From: Candidatus Uhrbacteria bacterium CG_4_9_14_3_um_filter_41_35
GTDB taxonomy: Bacteria > Patescibacteriota > Patescibacteriia > UBA9934
Assembly (NCBI GenBank): GCA_002791275.1
Contig: PFWT01000009.1
Span: forward strand, 72,797 to 136,796
Reading direction: 5' to 3'
Length of the DNA stretch: 64,000 nucleotides
The position numbers were made by a program, and so were the translations under genes. Positions 9,782-23,147 of the stretch are shown one piece after another. The stretch's first letter is position 1; each line of letters opens with the position of its first letter. The notes below the pieces were generated by a model that made no database searches, was not told the origin of the DNA, and was given only the letters and a program-made list of their open reading frames with translations.

Positions 9782-10579
9782 ATGAAAGAAATCACAATCC
9801 CAGCAAAAATCATCTTTTCACTCGGTCCCGTACCAATTACAGATGCCAACCTCGGAGCTCTGCTCGTAACTCTCGGCATCTTCATAGTTGCATTCATGGC
9901 ATCGAGAAAATTCTCAATTATTCCAACACGAATTCAGATTGTCTTTGAAATGCTCACAGAGTACGTAATGGAACAACTTGAAAATGCTTTTGGTGACAAA
10001 GAACGAGCAAGAAACTTTTTCCCAATGTTCATCACTCTGCTCCTATTTCTAATAGTCGCTAACGAACTCTCACTGGTCCCGCTCATTTTCCAGATCACTT
10101 ATCAAGGTGACGACTTGTTCAGACTTCCAGCTTCAGACTTTTCACTGACGGTTGCGCTGGCACTTACAATTTTCGTCATTTCACACATAATGGCGCTCAA
10201 AATTTCACCAATCAATCACCTAAAAAATTTCATTGCAATTGAACCATTACTCAAGGCCCGCAAACCAATGGAGTTTTTCCAGGCAACGGTTGACTTCATG
10301 ATTGGTTTCCTAAACATCATTGGTGAATTTGCTAAAGTAATCTCGCTTTCGGCGCGTCTCTTCGGAAACCTATTCGCCGGTGAAGTGATGGTGATGGTGA
10401 TCATAAGTTTAGCCTCATTCACACGTTTTATTGTGCCGATACCTTTCATTGTTCTGTCGCAAATGGGTGGACTGGTTCAGGCTCTTGTCTTTTTTCTCCT
10501 CTCGATTCAATTTATTGCTCTTGCAATTGATGGCGCAACACCGCCAGCTGAAAGCAAGGAGCAACTAAGTCATTCCTAA
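9782..10579 (+). CDS. atpB: ATP synthase F0 subunit a
   Basis: SLSARLFGNLFAGE, LVQALVF. Confidence 0.95.
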   Translation: MKEITIPAKIIFSLGPVPITDANLGALLVTLGIFIVAFMASRKFSIIPTRIQIVFEMLTEYVMEQLENAFGDKERARNFFPMFITLLLFLIVANELSLVPLIFQITYQGDDLFRLPASDFSLTVALALTIFVISHIMALKISPINHLKNFIAIEPLLKARKPMEFFQATVDFMIGFLNIIGEFAKVISLSARLFGNLFAGEVMVMVIISLASFTRFIVPIPFIVLSQMGGLVQALVFFLLSIQFIALAIDGATPPAESKEQLSHS

Positions 10580-10642
10580 GGAATGATCCTTGATCGATTG
10601 TAGAAATGTGATATTATCTCACTAAAATTAATAAATACTTAA

Positions 10643-10882
<240 letters not shown>

Positions 10883-10886
10883 ATCT

Positions 10887-11381
10887 ATGGAAGCACTTGG
10901 AAATTTAGGTATCGACGGCTATAGTATTCTCTTATATTTAGTGAACTTTGGTATTTTGATCGTTCTACTACAGCGTTTTGTCTATAAGCCAGTGCTAAAG
11001 TTCATAGATGAACGTCAGGAAAAAATTGAAAACAGTGTTAAACGAGCTGATGAAATTGAAAAGCGAGTTATCGCGATTGAATCAGAACGTGAGGAAATCA
11101 TTAAGGAAGCTAGAAGACAGGCTACTGAAACTGCAGAAAAAGCAAAAAACGAAGGTGATGCACGTCGAGACGAAATTATCTCTGCTGCAAAACGTGAAGT
11201 TGAACGGGTAGTTGCTTCTGGAAAGAAACAACTAGAGGAGGATCGAGCTGAAATGATGCGATCTGTTCGCAAAGATATTGTTGACATTGTAGTCAAAGCA
11301 TCTGCAAGAATTGTGTCGGACGCAATCGACGAGAAAAAATCTCAATCACTAGCTGAAGAAGTAGTAAGAAAAATGACCTAG
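10887..11381 (+). CDS. atpF: ATP synthase F0 subunit b
   Basis: N-terminal TM, YKPVLKFIDERQ, long coiled coil; operon position. Confidence 0.93.
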   Translation: MEALGNLGIDGYSILLYLVNFGILIVLLQRFVYKPVLKFIDERQEKIENSVKRADEIEKRVIAIESEREEIIKEARRQATETAEKAKNEGDARRDEIISAAKREVERVVASGKKQLEEDRAEMMRSVRKDIVDIVVKASARIVSDAIDEKKSQSLAEEVVRKMT

Positions 11382-11382
11382 T

Positions 11383-11766
11383 ATGAAGCTTGATAATAAA
11401 AAATTAGCAAAAATACTAGTTGAGAGTCTTGAAAACGCTTCAGAAAGTGAACTACCTTCAATTACGAAGGAATTCGTAAGTTTTCTTGGTCAAAACCAAC
11501 TTTTAAGTTCATGGCGTGAAATAGAAGCGAACGTTCATAAGGTTTGGAAGGAAAAATACGGAGCTTCAAATGTCTCAATTATGCTGGCTCATAATTTGTC
11601 AAAAGAGGCTAAAGAGGCTCTAAGTAAGGTTGCGCAAGGAGCAGATGTTACAATTAAAGTTGATGATCGGCTCATTGGTGGGGCGATTATCCGAATTGAT
11701 GATATGAGAATAGATGGTTCAGTAACCGGAGCACTTAAGCGATTAAAACAAACATTGTTAGCGTAG
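11383..11766 (+). CDS. atpH: ATP synthase F1 subunit delta (short)
   Basis: C-terminal VDDRLIGGAIIRIDDMRIDGSV; operon position. Confidence 0.9.
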   Translation: MKLDNKKLAKILVESLENASESELPSITKEFVSFLGQNQLLSSWREIEANVHKVWKEKYGASNVSIMLAHNLSKEAKEALSKVAQGADVTIKVDDRLIGGAIIRIDDMRIDGSVTGALKRLKQTLLA

Positions 11767-11797
11767 GAAACCCTGTTAATTTCCTAAAACTGAAAAT

Positions 11798-13303
11798 ATG
11801 ACAAACAAGACAGATATAATTGGAGAGTTACGAAAGCAGGTCGAAGCTTTTAAAGTTGAATCAAAAATGGAGTCTGTAGGAACCGTACTTTCAGTTGCTG
11901 ACGGTGTGGTCCGAATGAGCGGACTTTCAAACGCAAAGTCACAGGAAATGCTTGAATTCCCTGGTGGAATCCTTGGTGTTGCTTTGAATATTGAAGAGGA
12001 AACAATCGGAGCTGTTGTGCTTGGAGAGTTTTCAAAAATTAACGAAGGTGATGTTGTAAAATCAACAGGTCAGGTGCTTTCAATCCCAGTTGGTGAAAAA
12101 GTGATTGGCCGAGTTGTGAGCCCGCTCGGGGTTGCACTAGACGGAAAAGGTGACATTCCTCAAGAAAAGATGCAACCAGTTGAACGAATTGCAGCTGGAG
12201 TTATGGCGCGAAAACCAGTTTCTGTGCCTTTGCAAACCGGAATTAAGGCGATTGACGCGCTGATTCCAATTGGGCGAGGACAGCGAGAACTTATTATTGG
12301 TGATCGTCAGACAGGAAAAACAGCTATCGCTATCGACACAATTATCAACCAAAAAGGCCAGGGCGTAAAATGTGTTTACGTCGCTATTGGTCAAAAAGAA
12401 TCAAAAATTGCCAGCATCCAAGCAAAACTTGAAGAGGCAGGTGCAATGGAATACACCACTATTGTTTTAGCTGGTGCTTCTGATCCTGCATCACTTAGCT
12501 ATATTGCTCCATACTCTGGTTGTGCAATTGCTGAGTACTTTATGGAAAAAGGGGAGGATGTACTTATCGTGTTTGATGACCTTTCAAAACACGCTTGGGC
12601 ATATCGAGAAATTTCTCTACTTTTAAGACGACCACCAGGACGAGAAGCGTACCCTGGAGATGTTTTCTATCTTCACTCAAGGCTTCTTGAACGATCAGCT
12701 CGCTTAAACGAAAAATTTGGTGGTGGATCAATTACTGCGTTACCGATTATTGAAACTCAGGGTGGTGATGTTTCTGCATACATTCCAACTAACGTGATTT
12801 CTATCACAGACGGTCAGATCTACCTTGAATCAGATCTATTTTTCAAAGGTCAGCGACCAGCTCTAAACATTGGACTTTCTGTATCTCGTGTCGGATCTGC
12901 AGCTCAAACTAAAGCGATTAAGGGCGTGTCCAAGACTCTTAAAGTTGATTTAGCTCAGTTTAGAGAGCTTGAGGCTTTTGCGCAGTTTGCCTCGGACCTT
13001 GATGAAGCAACTAAGAGCCAGATCGAACGTGGTCGAAGAGCTATGCAGGTTATGAAGCAAGATCAGTACGCTCCACTTTCAGTAGCCGAGCAGACTGTGA
13101 TTGTTTACGCGCTAAACAGTGGAAACCTAGACGATATCGACGTAGACAAAATCAACGAATTTGAGGCAAAATTCCTTGAATATATGAACACAGCAGGCCA
13201 CACTGTAATGAACGCAATCACTGAAACACTTCAGGTTTCAGACGAAACTAAAGCTGAACTAGAAGAACGAATTAAGGAATTCAAATCAACTTTCGAAAAC
13301 TAG
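11798..13303 (+). CDS. atpA: ATP synthase F1 subunit alpha
   Basis: [28 protein letters not shown]. Confidence 0.98.
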   Translation: MTNKTDIIGELRKQVEAFKVESKMESVGTVLSVADGVVRMSGLSNAKSQEMLEFPGGILGVALNIEEETIGAVVLGEFSKINEGDVVKSTGQVLSIPVGEKVIGRVVSPLGVALDGKGDIPQEKMQPVERIAAGVMARKPVSVPLQTGIKAIDALIPIGRGQRELIIGDRQTGKTAIAIDTIINQKGQGVKCVYVAIGQKESKIASIQAKLEEAGAMEYTTIVLAGASDPASLSYIAPYSGCAIAEYFMEKGEDVLIVFDDLSKHAWAYREISLLLRRPPGREAYPGDVFYLHSRLLERSARLNEKFGGGSITALPIIETQGGDVSAYIPTNVISITDGQIYLESDLFFKGQRPALNIGLSVSRVGSAAQTKAIKGVSKTLKVDLAQFRELEAFAQFASDLDEATKSQIERGRRAMQVMKQDQYAPLSVAEQTVIVYALNSGNLDDIDVDKINEFEAKFLEYMNTAGHTVMNAITETLQVSDETKAELEERIKEFKSTFEN

Positions 13304-13371
13304 TTCTAGTTTTCAGCACATAAAAGGGGCTGTCACTCAAAACGATAACGCGCATAACTCTAAATTAATGT

Positions 13372-15637
<2,266 letters not shown>

Positions 15638-15639
15638 TT

Positions 15640-16059
15640 ATGTCCAAAATCTCACTTAAAGTTGTCACACCTGAAAGAATCGTTTTCGAAGATTCGGTCG
15701 ACTCTATTTTGGTTAACACTGAAATGGGTGAGATTATGGTTCTCGCTCATCACACACCAATAGTTTCTCTGCTCCGAGCTGGTGAAATGATTCTCTCAGA
15801 TAACGGTAATGAAACGAGTTTGGCAGTTTCTACTGGTATGATCGAGGTTCGCGAAAATAGTCAGGTTATCGTTCTTGCAGACACTGCAGAGCGCTCAGAA
15901 GAGCTTGAGCTCGAGGTAATCGAAGAAGCTAAAAAACAAGCGCAGGCTCGAGTAGAGGAGGCTGAAAACAGCCACAACGAAGAGTTTGCTCTTGCTGCAG
16001 CTAACCTTGAAAGAGAACTCGCTAGACATAAAGTTGCACTAAAAAAACGACATCGATAA
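15640..16059 (+). CDS. atpC: ATP synthase F1 subunit epsilon
   Basis: LKVVTPER, GEIMVLAHHTP, LADTAE. Confidence 0.95.
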   Translation: MSKISLKVVTPERIVFEDSVDSILVNTEMGEIMVLAHHTPIVSLLRAGEMILSDNGNETSLAVSTGMIEVRENSQVIVLADTAERSEELELEVIEEAKKQAQARVEEAENSHNEEFALAAANLERELARHKVALKKRHR

Positions 16060-16062
16060 TTT

Positions 16063-16091
16063 AAAAACTGGTGCTAAGCGCCAGTTTTTTT
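16063..16091 (+). terminator. Terminator of the atp operon
   Basis: AAAAACTGGTGC-taa-GCGCCAGTTTTTTT. Confidence 0.8.
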
Positions 16092-16150
16092 GTTAAATTT
16101 TGACATTGAATATTTAGCCTGTTAGTGTAAGTATCTATTCGGAGGCTGAA

Positions 16151-16726
16151 ATGAGTGTGAAGTACATCATAGTTTTGTGTGATGAACTTGACTTAACTCC
16201 CACGTTTAATCACGTGATCGCACACTTTTGCTACAAACTATCCAAATTTGATGGCTTGCAAGATGCCAGTAAAGTCTCTTACATGCTCCTAAGATCAAGG
16301 TCAGCGGTTCATACAATCGCCACACAGGAAAATATCAGCAAAAGGGATTTGGATCCGGAATCAGCTGGGCAAAATCTGCTCAACATCATTGCCCAAAACC
16401 TCGTTCAAAGTCCGATTGCTTCGCATAATTTCGTTATCTTACTTTCACACTACGGCTGTGAATCTGTTCGTCTTATTCGGGCTGGAAACGAGAGGCGATT
16501 CTCAGAGCTTCAGTACCACATCGAAAGTCTGACCAGCGCACAAAATACTGTCCTTAACCGTATGGATGGTTTTATGTGCCTTTTTCCAGCAGTTGTTGAT
16601 GTTGTTCCGGCTGTATTAAAAACGCACCGAGACGGCAAGATGCTTATTCACGGTTTACCTGCTGTGAAACTAATGCGCCAGTGTGAGTTAAGACGAAGAC
16701 GCGAGCGACTAAAACAACGACGTTGA
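16151..16726 (+). CDS. Hypothetical protein (ORFan-like)
   Basis: Own TTGACA-17-TAGTGT promoter (16100-16128), GGAGG SD and downstream hairpin plus T tract. Confidence 0.65.
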   Translation: MSVKYIIVLCDELDLTPTFNHVIAHFCYKLSKFDGLQDASKVSYMLLRSRSAVHTIATQENISKRDLDPESAGQNLLNIIAQNLVQSPIASHNFVILLSHYGCESVRLIRAGNERRFSELQYHIESLTSAQNTVLNRMDGFMCLFPAVVDVVPAVLKTHRDGKMLIHGLPAVKLMRQCELRRRRERLKQRR

Positions 16727-16806
16727 AATTCCAGGCTTGACCACTATAATTGTGGTCTTTTTTATTCTTTGTCATTTTAATTTTGAGGTGCTAAGATACA
16801 GTTAAT

Positions 16807-17355
16807 ATGACTGATTGGAAGCCAAACTCTAATAAAAAGTGGAACAACAATCAATATCAAGATTGGAATAAGGGTAATGCCAAAAAAGCCTGGAATGCAG
16901 ACGATCCAACAAAAAAATGGCTTTCAAAAGAAGATTGGATTCAAGAACAAATTAGAAAAAGTAAAACAAAAAAAGACGTAAAAAAGTGGGAAGGCGCAAA
17001 AAAAATTGCCAAAAATCGCGTGAAGTTCCGAAAGGAACCGCTACCACTTGCCGCTATCGCCGCGAGTGCTTTTTTAAAACGTCACGGAATTGAACGGCAA
17101 GTTACGTCATCACTCATTGTAAACGAGGCAAACGCGCAACTTAAAAGCGTGCTCGACCTTTATGCTCAGCCAGATGTGCGAGCTGTCTCTTTTCGTAACT
17201 TTGAACTTTTCATTGCCTGCAGACACCCGGCAGCGGTGCACGCCGTTCACCCATTTACCGATGGTTTAAAAGAGCATCTCGAATCCGCTTTTGGCTCAAT
17301 CACAATATCAAAAGTTACTTGCAGATTCAGTCCACAGAGTTTTGATGATCTGTGA
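16807..17355 (+). CDS. DUF721/DciA-like protein with Trp/Lys-rich N-terminal extension
   Basis: C-terminal half (VRAVSFRNFELFIACRHPAAV...LKEHL...ISKV) resembles the DciA/DUF721 pattern. Confidence 0.5.
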   Translation: MTDWKPNSNKKWNNNQYQDWNKGNAKKAWNADDPTKKWLSKEDWIQEQIRKSKTKKDVKKWEGAKKIAKNRVKFRKEPLPLAAIAASAFLKRHGIERQVTSSLIVNEANAQLKSVLDLYAQPDVRAVSFRNFELFIACRHPAAVHAVHPFTDGLKEHLESAFGSITISKVTCRFSPQSFDDL

Positions 17356-17361
17356 TATAAT

Positions 17362-18261
17362 TTGATCATGATCACGGCAATATTAAGCTCAAGGTTATTT
17401 ACTGTGTTTACATTTGGATTAACACTGATTTTTATTTTTTCATTGCCTCTTAAAATAGAATCTCAAACATCATATTTGCCTTTTGTCGACTCTGTGCAGA
17501 TCAGCACTACTGCCTACAGCGCAAACGAAAACCCAATGGTCCTTTCAAGCGTTGGGTCAACAACAACTTTTCACATCAATGGCGTGGTTTCTGATCAAAA
17601 CGGTTGGACCGATATTAGTACCGTTACCGCATCACTTTACCGATCCGGCGTGGGTTCTTGGTGCACGGCTAACAATAATAATTGTTACTTCCATCCAGCC
17701 TGTATGTTTTCAAATAGCACTGGCACTATCCGTAGTTTTGATTGCGCTATTGAAGTTGCAAACTATGCGGAGCCTACAGACTCAGGCAGTATTTACTCAG
17801 CTGAAACCTGGAATGCCAATGTTATCGTTGAAGATTTAAGTGCACTCACCGGCACTAATTCAACTACAAACGAACTCCTGTCACTTCTTTCGGTCTCAAC
17901 CACAAATTCGATTGATTACGGTAATATGCCTGTTAACCAAACCAGTACCTCTAGCGCTACCCTCATTATAACCAATAGGGGAAACGTGAACATCGACGTC
18001 ACGATCGCGTCAGACGGTATGACCTGCACTGTTGGCTCATTACCTGCATATTTACAAAAATGGGATTTAGCAGATGTTGACTATACCAGTATGCAGAAAA
18101 CCTTGGGAGCGACCGGCCAGCTAGCTGGACTGAATTTACTAAAACAAACCTCGAGTCAAACTGCATCAACCGGTACTCTTTATTGGCGTATTAAAATTCC
18201 GTATGGCGTTGCAGGTGGCGTTTGTTCTGGCGCAACCTACATAAGTGCTTCACAAATCTAA
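17362..18261 (+). CDS. Secreted Ser/Thr-rich surface protein with Cys residues
   Basis: Signal/TM segment, beta-rich composition, CTANNNNCY motif. Confidence 0.7.
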   Translation: MIMITAILSSRLFTVFTFGLTLIFIFSLPLKIESQTSYLPFVDSVQISTTAYSANENPMVLSSVGSTTTFHINGVVSDQNGWTDISTVTASLYRSGVGSWCTANNNNCYFHPACMFSNSTGTIRSFDCAIEVANYAEPTDSGSIYSAETWNANVIVEDLSALTGTNSTTNELLSLLSVSTTNSIDYGNMPVNQTSTSSATLIITNRGNVNIDVTIASDGMTCTVGSLPAYLQKWDLADVDYTSMQKTLGATGQLAGLNLLKQTSSQTASTGTLYWRIKIPYGVAGGVCSGATYISASQI

Positions 18262-18262
18262 T

Positions 18263-18655
18263 ATGAATCTCCGGCAATATATTTTGATCTTCATTTTTGG
18301 AACTCTGATCGCGTGGTCAGCTTGGATTATTGTCTTACTTAATATCGATCCAATTTCTTCTGGCTTGCCTGCACTTATAATCTTTTACATCACACTATTT
18401 GCCGGTCTCATGGGCTTCTTTATAACCATAAGTACAGTTATAAGAGCCTACCGCTTCAAAGAACGGGAGCTTGAGGATATTATCATTATTTCACTCAGAC
18501 AAAGCCTAATGCTTACAATTTTGCTCGAAGGAGCGCTCGTTTTGCTGAGCATTGAAAAACTGAATTATTTATCGATTGGCCTCATCATCTCTTTACTTGC
18601 CGTTATTGAATTTACCGCTTTAACCTTTAAACATGGGAGGAAACACACACATTAA
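18263..18655 (+). CDS. Hypothetical 4-TM membrane protein
   Basis: Four hydrophobic segments; ATG at 18263. Confidence 0.7.
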   Translation: MNLRQYILIFIFGTLIAWSAWIIVLLNIDPISSGLPALIIFYITLFAGLMGFFITISTVIRAYRFKERELEDIIIISLRQSLMLTILLEGALVLLSIEKLNYLSIGLIISLLAVIEFTALTFKHGRKHTH

Positions 18656-18727
18656 AGTGCACAATTTTTCTAGCCTTGCCAGAGGGTACAGCATTAGATA
18701 AGATGGGCTCCTAAGTGGAGTCATTTT

Positions 18728-19780
18728 ATGTTGAATAAATTTCTTGGTAGATTTTCAGAGGATATTGGTATTGATCTTGGTACATCAAATACCCGAGTTT
18801 TTGTTGCAGGGAAGGATATAGTCATCAACGAACCTTCGATTGTGGCACTTAACTCAAGAACGAACCAAATTATCGCCGTTGGACATGCAGCCAAAGATAT
18901 GCTCGGCAAAACCCCGCCACATATTCAAACCACAAGACCACTCACGAAAGGAGTGATTTCAGATTTCGAAGTGGCGGAAAAAATGCTCAAATACTTCATT
19001 GATAAGATTCACGAAGATTCTTTTACAATCGTTCCGCGACCTCGAGTTGTGATTGGCTCTCCGCTTGAGATCACCGAAGTGGAACGCAAAGCCGTTGAAG
19101 ACGCAGCTATAAATGCCGGAGCTCGGCAGGTTTTTTTGGTTGAAAACTCTATAGCTGCAGCGATTGGTGCGCGTCTGCCAATTTCAGAATCAGTTGGGAA
19201 TATGATTGTTGATATCGGTGGTGGAACTACTGAAATTGCAGTTATTTCACTCGGCGGAGTGGTAACCTGGAAATCACTTACGATAGCTGGCGAGGAAATG
19301 ACGAAGAATATTACGCAGTATGCTCGCGATGTTTTCAACTTATTAGTTGGTGAGCGGGTGGCTGAAACTGTTAAGTGGCGAATCGGGAGTGCCATTCCGC
19401 TCGAAAACGAGATCGAGCTCGAGATGCGAGGACGCGATCTTATCACTGGTTTGCCAAAGCAGATTATTGTGAACGATGGTCAGATTCGAGAAAGTATTAT
19501 GAAGTCTGTACGCACAATTGTTGATAATATCAAGACCACTCTTGAAGTCACGCCACCTGAACTCGTAGCTGATATTTATGAACGTGGTATTGTCCTAACT
19601 GGGGGAGGAGCGCTCCTTAAAGGTCTTGATCGGCTGATTTCAAAAGAGGCGGATATTCCAGTCCGCATTGCAGAGAATCCCGAGATTTGTGTTGCGCTTG
19701 GCACTGGGGAACTTCTCCAAAATAACGCGCTACTTAAAGACATAGCCCTCCCTTCAACTTCCGACGAAGGCTACTCCTAA
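18728..19780 (+). CDS. mreB: Rod shape-determining protein MreB
   Basis: IGIDLGTSNT, DIGGGTTE, LTGGGALL. Confidence 0.96.
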   Translation: MLNKFLGRFSEDIGIDLGTSNTRVFVAGKDIVINEPSIVALNSRTNQIIAVGHAAKDMLGKTPPHIQTTRPLTKGVISDFEVAEKMLKYFIDKIHEDSFTIVPRPRVVIGSPLEITEVERKAVEDAAINAGARQVFLVENSIAAAIGARLPISESVGNMIVDIGGGTTEIAVISLGGVVTWKSLTIAGEEMTKNITQYARDVFNLLVGERVAETVKWRIGSAIPLENEIELEMRGRDLITGLPKQIIVNDGQIRESIMKSVRTIVDNIKTTLEVTPPELVADIYERGIVLTGGGALLKGLDRLISKEADIPVRIAENPEICVALGTGELLQNNALLKDIALPSTSDEGYS

Positions 19781-20607
19781 TGGCTTTTCTCCCCACAAAA
19801 ATTCCAGAGAATCTAAAAAAATTCATCCGACCGGCTTCGGTAATTTTTGGGGTTGTGATGCTTTTTTTAATGCTTAACTCGTTTAGTCTTACTTCAAGAA
19901 TGAGCAACGACACACAAGCTGGACTCTTTGCAGTAGGTTCACATGTTCAAACAATCTACAAAAAAATGTTTTCATCAAAAACAGAAATTATTGATGAAGG
20001 AAACCACTATAAATATTTGGTCACAAACCAAACACTAAACGAGGTACGATTGTTCGAGGCCGAAAAAAAAGTAAACGAGTTACAAAACTTACTTAACTAC
20101 AAGGCTTCACAGCCATACAAAACTATTACAGCCGATATTATTGCTCGCTCAGTAGCTGGCGAGAGTTCAATACTCATTGATCAGGGTGCAGAAGAAGGGC
20201 TTCGAGCAGGCTTACCCGTGGTTGTTGGGGATGGTTATATTATCGGAACAATTATCAGTACTCAGCCTCACAGATCAACCGTGAGACTACTGCGAGACTC
20301 AAATAGCAGCATTCCCTCTGCTTTATTAAACGGCAAAAAAGTAATGGGGCTTGTGAGTGGTCTTGATAGTTTTTTGCTATTTATGGATTATATCCCGCAG
20401 AGTGAAGAAGTAGGTAGCCAGATGATAGTTGTTACCTCAGGTTTAGATAAAAATATACCGTCAGGGTTAGTGATTGGCATTATTGACTCAGTTGTTGAAA
20501 ACGCCACAGCGCCGTTTAAGCAGGCCTACGTTGATCCGGTGATTGATGTTTTTGATTACCGCAGTGTGCTCATTCTTGATCCTCAAGCTGAAATATATGC
20601 TGAATAA
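19780..20607 (+). CDS. mreC: Rod shape-determining protein MreC
   Basis: TM plus coiled coil, IDQGAEEG, VVTSG..PSGLVIG; follows mreB. Confidence 0.9.
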   Translation: MAFLPTKIPENLKKFIRPASVIFGVVMLFLMLNSFSLTSRMSNDTQAGLFAVGSHVQTIYKKMFSSKTEIIDEGNHYKYLVTNQTLNEVRLFEAEKKVNELQNLLNYKASQPYKTITADIIARSVAGESSILIDQGAEEGLRAGLPVVVGDGYIIGTIISTQPHRSTVRLLRDSNSSIPSALLNGKKVMGLVSGLDSFLLFMDYIPQSEEVGSQMIVVTSGLDKNIPSGLVIGIIDSVVENATAPFKQAYVDPVIDVFDYRSVLILDPQAEIYAE

Positions 20608-21100
20608 TATTTTCACAGCGTTTATTTTTATTTTAACCGCAATGTTTGAGGTTAGTTTTTTGCACACCTTGCCATTTCCGTATTTTATTATTCCCCTTCA
20701 TTTTTTGATCGGTGTCATTGTTATGCACCGTGCCGATCCAGTGCTTGGTGCAGTTTGGTTTGCGATAAGTGGCTTTTTTCTGTCCTGGGTTGGCTTTAAT
20801 GAGGCTAACTCACTTACTTATATTGCGGTCGGCGCCATTGGTTACTTTTTGACTTTTAAAGTTTTTGCCAATCGATCAGTTTATGCGCTCATTGGTCTTG
20901 GGTTTAGTATGTACTTTATATTCACAATTCTAAACCTAATAATCCTCTCGTTTTCAGATAATTTTAATCGCAGTGATTTCTTACATCAACAATTCGTTGC
21001 TTTATTTTTTTTAGTTTTTGGTTTGTACTTTGGTTTTATAATAGCCAGATATATAGAGCACTTAGCGACCGATATGTTTTTTATTAGAATTAAACCCTAA
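20597..21100 (+). CDS. mreD: MreD-like membrane protein
   Basis: Multi-TM protein between mreC and pbp2. Confidence 0.65.
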   Translation: MLNNIFTAFIFILTAMFEVSFLHTLPFPYFIIPLHFLIGVIVMHRADPVLGAVWFAISGFFLSWVGFNEANSLTYIAVGAIGYFLTFKVFANRSVYALIGLGFSMYFIFTILNLIILSFSDNFNRSDFLHQQFVALFFLVFGLYFGFIIARYIEHLATDMFFIRIKP

Positions 21101-23046
21101 TGTTTTTAAATCGCAAAAATGGTGAAAGTCAGCTATTTCCGTTACAACACGGAAATGATTTGGATGTGGTTACTCCAGGACGAGACGATGCTTTTTTTGA
21201 AGAAGCTTTTGCAGGCCACAAAAAATCTGCCGATGAACAAAATCGATCGTTTATTGGTTCGATCATTCCAAGCGGGCGCTACTTGGGTGGTGCAATAATT
21301 TTGATTTCAGCGTTTGCAATTTTGCTTTTACGAACCGGAACAATGCAAATTTGGCACGGTAACGATTACCGAGCTCTGGCCGATAATAACCGCTTTAAAC
21401 ACCGTGTCTTGCCTGCGGAGCGAGGGATTATCTACGACAGAAACGGCAAAATTCTGGCGAAAAATGAGCCAACCTTTCGAATTACCGCTTCAAAGGCACT
21501 ACTACCTCAAAAAAGTGAGGATTTGCTACTTATGTTAAATGAGCTTAGCACTATAATCGACTTTGATCGCGAACCAATCATTACTTTAGTTAATAATATA
21601 AAAATCAGAGACGAAGATTTACTTGTGAGTGAAGACGTTACTTACAATGAGGCTATGCTTTTTGCTTCAAAACGCAATGATTTTCCTGGTGTGGATTTGG
21701 AGCTTGGTACGCGGAGAAGTTACGTAACAAACCATATTCCTTCGCTATCGCTAGTTATGGGTTACACCGCTGCCATGAATGAAAGGGAATATACTGAAGT
21801 AAAAGACCAAAACTACCGTAAATTTGATCACATTGGTAAACAAGGACTGGAAGCTGAATACGAAACAAGTTTACGCGGAACCTACGGTGAAGAAGTAGTT
21901 GAAGTAAATGCCCTTGGAAAGACCGAGCGTATTGTTTCGAAAATTAATCCAGTAAACGGTGAAAATCTTTACCTGAGTCTTGACTCTGAACTACAATCAT
22001 ATATTGAAAAAGTTCTCACTGAAGCTCTAGAAGGGCAGACAGCGGAAAAAGCTTCGGTAATTGCAATGGATCCTACAACTGGTGAGGTTTTAGCTATGGT
22101 GTCCTGGCCATCTTATGATGCTAATTTATTCACTTATGGAATCGATAACGAAAGCTATCAGGCGTTAATAAACGACGAAAGGCTGCCGATGTTTCCAAGA
22201 GCCTATGCAGGTGAATTTCCCTCTGGTTCAACAATCAAAATGGCGCACGGCGCCGCAGCTTTAATGGAAGGGATTATCACTGATCAAACCAGTTTTTTAT
22301 CAACTGGTGGTTTGAGAGTTGGCCCTTGGTTTTTTCCAGACTGGCGTTCAGCCGGGCATGGGCAAACAAACATTTACTGGGCGATTGCGGATTCTGTCAA
22401 CACCTTTTTCTACACTATCGCTGGTGGTACTGAAACTTTTGATGGTCTTGGTATTGAAAAACTAATGCAGTACGACAAACTTTTTGGTTTTGGTGAAAAA
22501 ACTGGACTCGATGTACCAGGTGAAGCAACGGGATTCTTGCCAAGTCAAGACTGGAAACTTGAAACTAAAGATGAACCTTGGTACATCGGGGACACTTATC
22601 ACGTGGCTATTGGTCAAGGAGACTTTTTAGCAACCCCACTGCAAATTGCCAGATCAACAGCGCTGTTTGCTAATGGTGGAATTTTAGTTACACCGCATTT
22701 CAATAGTAAAGAGGCTATCGAGGCTGTGCGAGTGGTGCCGGAAGATGTGGCGCAAATTGTTAAAAAAGCAATGCGCTTTACGGTCACCGCAGGTAGTGCG
22801 CGGTCACTACAAACCGTACCAATTGAGGTGGCTGGTAAAACCGGAACAGCTCAGTGGTCGAGTGTTAAACCGAACCATTCGTGGTTCACGGGTTTTGCGC
22901 CATACAGCAACCCGGAAATAGTGTTAACAGTTCTTGTTGAAGAAGGAGCTGATGGCTCCAGCCACTTATCTATTCCTATCAGTAACAAGATCTTTACTTG
23001 GTGGGCAGAAAATAGAGAAACTCAGGCCACAACTTCAGAACCTTAA
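21100..23046 (+). CDS. mrdA: Penicillin-binding protein 2
   Basis: RGIIYDRNG, SxxK (STIK), SxN (SVN), KTGTAQ. Confidence 0.94.
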   Translation: MFLNRKNGESQLFPLQHGNDLDVVTPGRDDAFFEEAFAGHKKSADEQNRSFIGSIIPSGRYLGGAIILISAFAILLLRTGTMQIWHGNDYRALADNNRFKHRVLPAERGIIYDRNGKILAKNEPTFRITASKALLPQKSEDLLLMLNELSTIIDFDREPIITLVNNIKIRDEDLLVSEDVTYNEAMLFASKRNDFPGVDLELGTRRSYVTNHIPSLSLVMGYTAAMNEREYTEVKDQNYRKFDHIGKQGLEAEYETSLRGTYGEEVVEVNALGKTERIVSKINPVNGENLYLSLDSELQSYIEKVLTEALEGQTAEKASVIAMDPTTGEVLAMVSWPSYDANLFTYGIDNESYQALINDERLPMFPRAYAGEFPSGSTIKMAHGAAALMEGIITDQTSFLSTGGLRVGPWFFPDWRSAGHGQTNIYWAIADSVNTFFYTIAGGTETFDGLGIEKLMQYDKLFGFGEKTGLDVPGEATGFLPSQDWKLETKDEPWYIGDTYHVAIGQGDFLATPLQIARSTALFANGGILVTPHFNSKEAIEAVRVVPEDVAQIVKKAMRFTVTAGSARSLQTVPIEVAGKTGTAQWSSVKPNHSWFTGFAPYSNPEIVLTVLVEEGADGSSHLSIPISNKIFTWWAENRETQATTSEP

Positions 23047-23147
23047 CTTAATTAAGAGCGGAAAAAACTTCGAATTTAAGCTTATTATTGACGTTTTGAG
23101 TAGGTAAGGTATGATGTACCTATCCGAAATTACGGGTAATTTTTATT

